The translations under genes and the position numbers were made by a program. Under the pieces are notes generated by a model that saw nothing but the letters and a program-made list of their open reading frames with translations, did not search any database and was not told the origin of the DNA. 64,000 nucleotides of DNA, taken from assembly GCA_030141605.1 (NCBI GenBank), contig JAQGDQ010000008.1, positions 434,001 to 498,000 of the forward strand. The letters run 5' to 3'. Shown piece after piece: positions 53,872 through 64,000 of the stretch. How positions within the stretch are numbered: position 1 is the first letter of the stretch; every line of letters starts with the position of its first letter. Source of the DNA: Tubiluchus corallicola. Lineage: Eukaryota > Animalia > Priapulida.

Positions 53872-55408
53872 TAAAGCCATAGTAAATAAAGCACAAAATG
53901 TTTTAGCATGATTGTTGCGAATTTAATTAGTGCATTTAAGTAAATAATTCTTCTTCTCCCAGACATGACACAAAAATTTAGTTTTTGTTTTGTTATTTCC
54001 TGATAAATGCCTAAGTATTTACTTATTTTAAATAAAAAACATTGATTGAATTTATGGCACGTAATGCATCATGCTTATTATTAATGCAGCCTAATACAGT
54101 AGAATATGAAACAGTTAATGAAATGTTATAGTCATTCAAATTAATGACATGCCAGCAATGAAACACTGTATATTCGCGATTTTTCTAAACTTTGACCAAA
54201 CAGCCTGCAGAAAAAACGTTCTAGCGGCGCCTGGTGGGGCTCTCGGAAGAAGATATATGGCTCTTTAGAAAGAGGAAGAACAAACGATGATGTGGGCTAT
54301 ATGTTAGGACACCTCCACCAAAAGGAGTACCGACGAGTTAATTAGATGTTCTATTTTCGGCAATTTTCGCTTGGAAAACTGCTGACGCAAAGCCATTGCT
54401 CTGACGTCATCCATTATATTCTGTTTATAACCTTATAACTTTAATTCAGTAAAAGCTGCTGCTGCTGACTTTGCGTTAGGTAAGTAAACGAACACTATGT
54501 AGGATGTTCGCGTATTTTTGATTATACGTGTATTTATACGCAATTTTTTTTGCGGGGCCTTTGCTAGTAACATTATTAATAGCAAACTAAATGAATGAGC
54601 TTACAGTCAGCAGGCCAAGAGAATCCTGCCTCCAGGTTTTGTTTAACTAGCCTAGTTTGTAGTTGGGAAGTGAATCATTTTACTTGACAAAGAAGAGGAT
54701 AAATGATTTGATTAATTTCACCACTTTGCAATATTTATGACTTTTGAAAACCATTAACTGAAAAATGAAACCAACAGTCTTATTCTTTATAATTGCGTAA
54801 AATTTAATATGATTTACGCAACTAGTACGTCTAGCAGCCAATCCTCGTAGTTGATGGTTCTGCCGGCAAACTAAGCAGAATAGCGTCAAAAAAGGAATAT
54901 TTTTCTCTTATCATTGTTTAGTGTTGAATTTTTGTTCACGCACATGAAACCGACACGAAAGTACTACGAAAAACATTTTGTCCGAAAGATTAGTAGCAAT
55001 TAACAAAGTTTAAAAACCAAATTAAGGAAAACAGTAGAAAATAAAAAAAATAACTACAGGAGTAATAGATCAACGGGTACAGTAGTTCAACGCGGTACGG
55101 TAAATAAGTATACTGTACTGTACAGCACTACTGTACACACGCGGCATTTAAATAGCTGTGAGGTTAGGCGTTTTTTTTCACATTGCCACACTAATATACT
55201 ATGTTGTCGTATTAGCACACGGAAATTGTCGATTTTTTTGTAACGAGCTGCACAGATTCAAATGTTTAGAAATCGAAAATAAAGAAAATAATTTTAATAA
55301 AACCATCAAGATTCAAGACAAATCAAGTATTTTTTTAAAAATTATAGGGTCCTTCACTACATAAATGCGTAAAAGCCTGCAAAACTTTATCGACCTGTAA
55401 GTTAGCCT
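52599..55408. mobile_element. Putative TTAA-flanked (Kolobok-like) non-autonomous DNA transposon, ~2.8 kb
   Basis: TTAA|AGGCTCACTGACA at 52595-52611 and TGTAAGTTAGCCT|TTAA ending 55412 (11/13 TIR match, purine-purine termini). No transposase ORF seen. Confidence 0.45.
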
Positions 55409-56954
55409 TTAATGTTACCTGATGCTACTATTGATTAATGTAGCCTTTGAACAATAATTCATCATAACAGAGTGACACGTCAGTATTTTTATCTCTCCTC
55501 AACCGAAATCTGACTCTACAAATTTGTTCATTCACATCACCAGGTGGCTCTAACATAGTCTTGCATGCGTGATCTCCTGCTTAAGAAAATCAAGTGACTT
55601 TAATTTCGCAAGCTTTGGGACAACCATTTTCTTGCAACTTCAACCCAAACTCTAATTCAAAATAATAAGCTTTTTGTCCGAAGTTTTCTACATAAATTAC
55701 TATACATTAACTCTACTATATTTCTTAACACGCGTCTCGATGTAGTATCGTTACAATGTGAAATTGAGTCACTTTACTTGACCTAGTTTCTACAACATTT
55801 TGTCAATATATTTATCGTCATTTGCTTAATTGCAGAAGCCCGTCTCAGTCTTAAAGCCAACTCTTCGATTTTGTATTCTGCCAGCATTTTATCTATGTGA
55901 TGTCACCAGCTCCCACACAGTCTCCTGGTCTGATATATTTTCCATGACATCAATCGCCCCTTTTCCATGGTCTGAGCGGCCATCTTACATTACATCTAAG
56001 GGAAGCCTAATCACAGGATTATAAATTCTAACATTAAATAAACTTAATTCACAACAAATCCACATCAAATATCCAACTCTGTGTTGACTAGAGCTAGTGA
56101 TCGAGTTCACTCATTGAAGAATATATTTTTGCACAAAGTAACTGAGGATCGATTTGAACTTTACTAGAGTTATAGAAATGGTAGTGATTTTACCATCGTC
56201 TTTTATACAAAATCCTCAATAATACTGCATCTACAAAAAGATTATTATAAAACGATGACATGGTACAGGCAAACTAGGTGTGCATTATTTTTGGTCTTTT
56301 ACCATCTCGTCCTCCTTAAATTTTGTAGTTTATGTATTATCAATGATTATTTGAAGGCAAGTAAATTAATTATTTAAATTTTATTTATTAGGGTTGGTGT
56401 AGGAATAACTTACGGTAGGTGTGTTGTTGCAGTTGGTGTTAATGTTGTTAATATCGTTATTATTATTATTATTATTATTATTGTTGTTGCTGCTATTGTT
56501 ACTGTTACCATTGACATTGGAGTTGCCACTGCCAATGTTAGACAGATTTATAATTCACTTAGTTATGTATTTTGCTATTTTAAAAATTGTGATAAACTAA
56601 TAAACTTACTTGGTGCTATCACAGCTTCTATTATTCCGGCTCACAGCCTTTGTTTCACTATAGTTGTTATCGATAAAATTAATGACAACAATGTAGGTGA
56701 TTTCAGATTTTGCGTTATAGTCATCATATTCAACACCGTAAGTCCGTTATGTCTGTTGGAGGCAGCCAGAGGGGCGGCCCTTCTGGCCAATTTAGTGCTA
56801 GTACTAATGTAACCTACAAATTATACGTAATTTTGATTGAGACAACAGGTATTAGCTAGGTAGAGACTTGGTCGTTACAAAAAGCCGAAATGCCCCCGAA
56901 TACTGCATGCAAGAGAAAGCTCGCTGTGCTCTAATTTAGTCATTCGGCAAAGAG

Positions 56955-59900
56955 ATGGCGATCGCCACAACTTTAGAGCAGTCTTTAAAAGAAGAAATTT
57001 CAGAAGCTAAATTGCTAGTTGTCGGCGCGGGTGGCATTGGATGTGAACTATTAAAAAACTTAGTCTTAACAGGATTTACAGATATAGATGTGGTAATTTT
57101 TAACTAAATTTTACTTAAACACAGTGTAAATGAGCATTAATTGTAATTTTGTAAGTTGTCATGTCATGATGTTATCTTATTAACTGGCATTATTGTCATC
57201 CGAAATTTATGTTGATACTAGTTTTTACATCGTAGTATAAACTTATGTAAATATTGTGTCATCCTACTAGAATATTTTTGTTGTACTTTGTGGAGTTTAT
57301 ATTTTTGTACAATTATAAATATTCTATTTCCTTTGTGTATTGTCAATGTACTAGAAGGATATTTGTGGAAAATAAACTGAATTGAAGTCGCTTCAAATAT
57401 GTAGTAATAATTACAAGCTTACAGTACAAGTTTGCTGACAATATCTCTACCTCGTATTGTTTTAACTGAGTAAGTTTGACTGCTGTAGTGTCTTCTGCAC
57501 GTTGTGATATTGGTCATCGTATAACAAAATATTTATAAATATAAATAGTAAAGTATTCATTGTGCCCTTCACAATTAGATATTTACAGATATTTGTAAAA
57601 ACGTGTTCCAACTCCAATTAGAGGAAACCCCTAGTGCATAAATATTTGTCTCGGGCATTTCTGAGATCGTTGATCATTCATAGTCATAACTTCTTGTGGT
57701 AGGGAATTTCATCGGTCTATTTCTCCGTTTGAAAAGCTGTGCTCGTATCGTATTGTGTTAGCTTTGTGCTTGCTAAGTTTGAGTGACTGACATCTGGTAC
57801 TGTTACCAATATCGTAGATCGACTTGGGGAAGCCTGTATGTAGGATTTTTTCCCCTTATTTTCTCTCTTGTTATGTCTTTGTTTGTCGTTTTCTTTCCAG
57901 TTTTGTCTCTTGCATTTATTGTTGTTGTTTTCTCTCTAAAGTTCTCTCTGGTGGAAGTGCCGCCATGTGGCAGTTGTTATTGTATGGTGAGGAAGATCTG
58001 TTACTAATGTAGTTAATAAGTGGAAAATCAGGTTTAAAGCACAAGAAAAACGTCTACTTACATAAATCTTAAAAAATTTGTCTTGAAATTTTATACCACT
58101 TAATACTGTCTTGTTGCATATTAGATTTGTGTTGGCAATAGCGATGTATGAATCATGTAAATTTAATGTAACGTGATGACCGTGGGATTAAACTGATGTC
58201 CCACACCCTGAAACTGGATAATAGATTGAGACAGGTGGTACACATAGGACGGCAACAGTTGGGATTTATGAAGGGACTTGGAACGGTTGACGGTATATTC
58301 GCACTTCGACAGAATATAGAGAAACACCAGGAAAAGCAAAGGGCACTACATATAGCTTTCATAGACCTAGAGAAAGCATATGATAGGGTACCACGGCAAG
58401 AAGTGTGGAGAGGTCTGAGGGAGAGAGGAGTGCCAGAAAAATATGTAAGAATAGTCCAAGAATGCTACAAGAACCTGACAACTAAAGCCCGGAGTACAGT
58501 TGGTATAACAGACAGTTTCCAAGTAAAAGTCGGCTTACATCAAGGATCGGCACTAAGCCCCCTACTGTTCAACATAGTGTTTGATGTCATCACAGAGAGT
58601 GTAAGGGGAAATCCACCATGGTGTGTGCTGTATGCGGATGACATCGCTATAGTGGCTGAGAGTAGAGAAATAATGGAAGGAAAATTAGAAGCATGGAGAG
58701 CCGCTTTGGAGAGCAGAGGAATGAGGATAAGTAGATCCAAAACGGAGTACCTTACGACAGACATGAATGGGGACCAACGAGAAACAATAAGACTGAATGG
58801 GGCAGAGTTGAAAAGAGTAAAGACCTTTAAGTATCTGGGTTCAATGATAGACGAGACTGCAGGAATGGAAAAGGAGATGAATTTCAGGATTCAGTGTGGT
58901 TGGAATAACTGGCGAAAAGTTTCAGGGGTGATATGCGATAAGAGGATTCCAGCGAGACTTAAGGGTAAAGTTCACAAAGCAGTGGTCAGACCCGCCCTAA
59001 TATATGGGCTGGAAGCAGCACCTCTAAAGAAGACCGAGGAGAAGAAAATGGATGTGGCGGAGATGAGGATGTTGAGATGGATGGTGGGAGTAACAAGAAG
59101 GGACAAAATCAGGAATAGTAATATTAGAGGAACAGTGAAAGTAGTGGAAGCCTCGAAAAAGATACAAGAGGCAAGATTGCGATGGTATGGGCACCTGAGA
59201 AGAAGAGTCGGGGAAGATCACGTGGGAAGGGAGGTCATGGAAATGGAAGTGCTGGGAAATAGAAGAAGAGGACGACCCAAGCTGAGATGGTTCGAATGTA
59301 TTAATGGAGACCTTAGAGAGAAGAACATAAATGTAGAGATGGTTAACAACAGGAATGCATGGAGACGACTTATTCACAACGGCGACCCCGCATAGGGAAA
59401 AGCTGAGAAGAAGAAAGATGACCGTTGGAAGCAGCCATTTTGACTATAAATCATTTGAAACAAGTTTACATAACATTCTGTAGAGTTTAAAAGAATAATC
59501 AGGGCATTTATAGCGCACGCATCACTAATTAAGTAAAATTTAAAATTACTGTATCTTGCCAATAAGATTAAAAATGCGTTTTTGGTTTGTGAGTGGTGCA
59601 CCCTGGAGAGGTGAGTCGGCAACATTTTACCAGTTGGTGAAAGCATTTTAAATAATTAATAATTTTCTTTTTTAGTTACATGAGTCTTTCAAGCAAAATG
59701 CTAAGTAATATAATTTTGCATGGAAAGTTTTTTTGGACATAGTTTAACATGTACGTCTCTGATTTATGTTTGCGTAAGTGATATCATGTAATGGCACCGT
59801 TGGAACAGTGTTGCAGGAAGTTTAAAATGAAAACAAACAAAAAATCTTTCCAACGCGAGTATGATTATGCATAAAATTGGTATAAAGTAATGTAATTTTT

Positions 59901-62900
59901 TAAGGCGATTTTTCTGAAACCTACTTTAGGTACCCCTTTTCTTGTTCTTCAAGGTGAAAGGTGTGGATAGATTGAATTTACTCAAAGACATTCAGTATCC
60001 ACTCGAGCTGGAATGGATCGTGGAACTTCACTGAATGATCTTCCCAGCCACATGTCCAATTTTTTCTTAAATTGATCTGGCGATGTGATACTTCATTATA
60101 TAGAGAGGGATTTCCAGTCATTTATCATTCTGAAAATGAATCTGTTCTTGTTTTACATCTAGGTTTAGTGATCTTATATCCCGCTCCACATAGATCTGAT
60201 GAGAAATATTTTCTGCTGTCAATCATCCTATGGTTGTTATAGATGTAATGCAGCATGATTTGATTTCCTCCTCTTCTGGTGCATAGGGATTGTAACTTCA
60301 GTTTTGCATTATCTCTGCATATGATAGGTTTCTAGTTTATGGTACAAAGGTGGTGACTTTCCACTGTACAGATTCAGCCTTATGTTTTTCTTGAAGTTTG
60401 GATACATACCAAATTGCACCAGCTTAGTAAAGACACTCCTTCACCATCCAGAATTGGCCTGTAGAATGTTTTGTATAGAATAGCCATCATATCAATGTCA
60501 GTATAGGTGAAAGTATATATTATCCATAGCCGTTTCCTAGCTCGTTTGGATATTTCATTGTGTTTATGAAATGTGAGGAACTGGTTGATTACAATTGCCA
60601 AGCCTTTGTGTGTTATTACAGCTGTTATTGGAGCTGACTGATTCATGTTGTTGCACATGTAGTAATAGTGACTTGCGTTGTCTTTCCATAAATGTAGCGC
60701 CTTGAACTTTTCCACGTTAAACAGCTTTTGCCAAGTATCTTACCATGTATCTAATAAGCGACATTTAAAGAGGTAGGCTGACATAAGATGGTCTTGAGGT
60801 GAGTGTTTTTGATAGTCCAGGAGATTGCTTTGCTAACAGTATGGTTGCGGAAACTAAGGCAGCGTCAGATGAGAGTTGTAAGTCTACTTCTTGGTTGGCT
60901 GCTGGTAAAATACTGATGATTGCTGTTGTTATGCCCTACCTTAATGACTTTACATTTGGAGGCGAAGGTGTTTAATTCTATTGGCCAGTGTATCTCACAC
61001 TTTGACAGTTTTTACAAGTTCAGTTTAAATTCTGCTGTTCAAATTATTATAGATTTTAAATACTATGCATTAAATTCAGATTTATTATTGGCTATTATTT
61101 TAAATGTCATTGTTGTTATTTTGTTTTATATCTAAAAAACTGTTATGCTAGGAAATTTCCTAACAAAAAATTCCTTGCAATTTTCAAGAAATTTTTCTAG
61201 CAAGTGACTAATTATTTGAAAAAAGGAAATTTCCTGCACTAGTTGTAGTTTTACAGTATTTAAGATATAAGCATTTCTTACTCATAATTCTGTATGAAAA
61301 TGCATAATATAATGTAATTAGAATCTCAAGTAAGTTGAAATAAACTAAATTTTTTTATTTCCAAAAAAATAAAATGCTCAGTTTTCATAGAGGCTAATTA
61401 GTTGTGCACTAATAACAATTAAAATAATGATTACATTGCTTTGATGAACAATGACATAATTTTTAAAATATAGAGTATGGGCTTGTAATTTGTTAGAATG
61501 CTATTAAACTAATCTATTGGTTGGGAGTCCAACTGATTGTTCTATTTCTGACTGAATTATTTTATCTTCATAAAATTTGTAATTAAGAATTGTTTAAATT
61601 TCAACAGATTGACCTGGACACTATTGATGTCAGCAACTTAAACAGACAATTCCTTTTCCAAAAGCGCCATGTTGGGAAGAGTAAAGCTGTGGTATGTGTA
61701 AATAAAGGTTTTCTTGTTTACAGTTGTTTTCATGACTTAACAAATGCACTTGGTATACACAGAACCCAAAGTACTCTGATTATTATTTTTGGACGGCTTT
61801 AATTTCATGCATGCTCACTAGAGGTCGAGTGAAGCAACTCTGATTGGGTGTGAGCATACTCTCTGTTACACATTTTTACAGACTGTTGCATATTTTAAAA
61901 AATGGTTAGCTTTGGGTGAAATACGTAGTTCTCTGTCTTGCATAGTGTTAAGTGAGAGCTTTAACGCTCTAATATAAAACTCCTCAAGAATGGTGAATCA
62001 TAAGCATGAATTCCTGCCTATGTCCATTACTAAGAACGTAGAAAAAATGAATATACAGCACCATCGCATATACTGTAAATGGTACTGAAGGAAACCTGAT
62101 GATTATCTGTATTCGTCGCATGTCATGTTTGTGCAGGAACATTCTCTTACGAAGCAGAGATCCATTAGCAAAGTTCTCCTTCACGTTTTTTTTTGATAAA
62201 ATTGCTTGTAAGTATACGGATCAATGTTGTTCACAGCAACACCTATTTATTCAGTACAGTAATAATAATATTTCTCAAGTTGATGACTATATCTTGTTCA
62301 AATTACGAGGCACTGTGTGCACTTAAAGAATTTGGCTAGGAAATTGCATTCTGTAATACAGTAATTCATAACGTGATTGTTACCAGCACGGCAAAATTGA
62401 GACCTTGTATTTCGGGATGTGTGTGGGATGATATTCTTGTCCAAGCTGTGAAGTTCGTAACATTTTTCAGACAAGAAGATATTCGCATGAGTGTAAATAT
62501 GAATTCATCAGGTCTCCTTCAACACCATTTGCATTGCATTGGTGATGCAGATACATTTTTTCTGTTGCTTAACGGTAATGGATAAAGTGAGGAATGCTTT
62601 TGATACTGGGAGCCTTGAAGAGTTTTATATTAGATCGTTAAAGTTCTCTCTTAGCGCTATGCTTATGAAAAAGGACTACAGATATCAACCAAAGCCTGCC
62701 ATTTTTTAAGTTATGCAATAGTCTGTAAACATGAGTAACACTGAATTGAACGCTACCTCAACTCATTATTTTGTTAACATGGATTTACTTCCAGAAAGCA
62801 TTCAAATTTTAATATAATTTAATTAATTGTCAATTTAAGTTGGTGGTGTACTTGTTTTGCCTTTTCCGTTATGACATAGTGCTCAGAGGTTGCAGGATTA

Positions 62901-63149
62901 CAATTTTGTGCTGTGCGTGTGTGAGTGCAGGGCTTTTCAAATGATTAATAACAAAAGAACGAATACCATTGAAGTGCATAATTATTCTAAAATTGAGCAC
63001 GTAATTTAGAGTTGAATCAATAAAAAGGCTCCTTGGAATCAGTAACTGTGTTGATAATGACACTATTTACTTTTTCAGGTGGCAAGAGAGAGCGTACTAC
63101 GTCTTAATCCTAATGCAAAGATAACTGCTTACCATGAAAGCATATTTGA
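56955..63149 (+). CDS. UBA2: SUMO-activating enzyme subunit 2 (SAE2/UBA2), exons 1-3; gene continues beyond the window
   Basis: Exons 56955-57092, 61608-61691, 63079-63149: [46 protein letters not shown] / [28 protein letters not shown] / [24 protein letters not shown]1 adenylation domain with SAE2-type LKNLVLTGF and FLFQK.HVG.SKA. Confidence 0.95.
58184..59416 (+). mobile_element. Young 5'-truncated RTE-clade LINE in UBA2 intron 1
   Basis: 9-bp TSD GATGACCGT (58175-58183, 59417-59425), short 3' UTR ending GGGAAAAGCTGAGAAGAAGAAA, uninterrupted RT ORF. Confidence 0.95.
58196..59395 (+). CDS. RTE retrotransposon reverse transcriptase, C-terminal 399 aa (truncated, probably not expressed)
   Basis: RT motifs [43 protein letters not shown] and RTE C-terminus RLRWYGHL..R...[10 protein letters not shown]; endonuclease domain absent. 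Confidence 0.85.
   Translation: MSHTLKLDNRLRQVVHIGRQQLGFMKGLGTVDGIFALRQNIEKHQEKQRALHIAFIDLEKAYDRVPRQEVWRGLRERGVPEKYVRIVQECYKNLTTKARSTVGITDSFQVKVGLHQGSALSPLLFNIVFDVITESVRGNPPWCVLYADDIAIVAESREIMEGKLEAWRAALESRGMRISRSKTEYLTTDMNGDQRETIRLNGAELKRVKTFKYLGSMIDETAGMEKEMNFRIQCGWNNWRKVSGVICDKRIPARLKGKVHKAVVRPALIYGLEAAPLKKTEEKKMDVAEMRMLRWMVGVTRRDKIRNSNIRGTVKVVEASKKIQEARLRWYGHLRRRVGEDHVGREVMEMEVLGNRRRGRPKLRWFECINGDLREKNINVEMVNNRNAWRRLIHNGDPA
60020..60750 (-). mobile_element. Decayed CR1-type LINE 3' fragment in UBA2 intron 1
   Basis: [33 protein letters not shown] remnants with frameshifts. Confidence 0.75.
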
Positions 63150-64000
63150 GTATGTCATTAGCTGTTTTGCAGTTTTGAGCATTAATAATGCTTTTTAGAA
63201 AGCACTCAGTGATACTCGAGTCATAAATCAAACAGTTCATGATCCTTATTGCTTACACTTGTGCATTAGTTTTAACTAAAAATTGAGGAATAACTAAGTG
63301 TCAACAGTGAAAGTTTTCTTTCTTGCATGCACTGTTCATTTTTTTCTGATCTGTTGTGTTATTTCTTCCTTCTTCTTTTTTTCTTTTCTTGATTTTTAAG
63401 AGAAAATTCTAGCGTGGATTGCATAGATTTCTTTTGCTAAAACTTCTTTGTAACGCATTAGCATTGCCATGTTGTGTGCGTGCAAACCAAAACCATCCAT
63501 GAGTCGGCATAGTTAAAAGTAGTTTATGGTGCTTCAAAGTACTATGCACCAAAAATTTGGTGTAATGTCAATTTTTTGTTTTTTTATAAAAACAAATGCT
63601 AAATATATTAGTTTTTTATATTTTAGCATCAAATTATGAAGAAAATATTTAAAAAAATACTAAAAATATAATTTTATAACCTTATACTCACTTTTCTAGC
63701 CACACACTAGTACTACTATTGTCAAAAACTTGTATGGTATCGGCTTGGTATCAAAAAGATCCTCATGAAATGGAGATTCAGGATATGTGAATAACTAGAA
63801 AAACTTCATTGCCGATTTATGGACGATTTTGCTATGTGAACTGTGCTCTGTAATCTTTGCAAAAAAAATTCTGATTCAGCATCAATATTTTTAAAAGCTT
63901 CACGGAAATGTACTGTGCTGTTTAACACTAGCCATGCTCAGATAGGAATATTTCCAGTATCATTTTCCAAATGTGTAAATGCAAATGAGCTGAATGTAGC

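Noticed and set aside
61145-61240. Two GGAAATTTCC palindromes resembling NF-kB/Rel sites in UBA2 intron 1
   Set aside because: Embedded in a run of similar A/T-rich repeats more consistent with a MITE remnant; no independent support.

Overview
AT-rich, intron-rich animal (invertebrate-like) nuclear DNA; no prokaryotic features, rRNA genes, tRNA genes or CRISPR arrays. Six spliced or single-exon protein-coding genes were reconstructed by hand: TMEM232-like (-, 12 exons, ~616 aa) head-to-head with SRP19 (+, 5 exons, 146 aa); NUP35/Nup53 (-, 12 exons, ~394 aa) tail-to-tail with SRP19; an ankyrin-repeat/SOCS-box (ASB-like) gene (+, 5 coding exons, ~375 aa) tail-to-tail with a reticulocalbin-2-like CREC EF-hand gene whose CDS is intronless (-); and the first three exons of UBA2/SAE2 (+). 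Introns and intergenic DNA hold many mobile elements: a decayed Mag-like Gypsy element, a near full-length decayed CR1 LINE, a young 5'-truncated RTE LINE with an open ORF and 9-bp TSD, a MULE-like MITE with 9-bp TSD nested in an L2/Crack-type LINE, hAT, Tc1/mariner and TTAA-flanked elements, and chimeric tRNA/5S-like SINEs. I found no convincing wholly new biological system. The most notable observations are a frame-rescuing NUP35 micro-exon inside a MITE-like repeat, the intronless RCN2 CDS with an overlapping uORF, the tRNA-5S hybrid SINEs (two inverted around one exon), and an unidentified decayed coding remnant. All homology calls come from recalled sequence motifs, not database searches.
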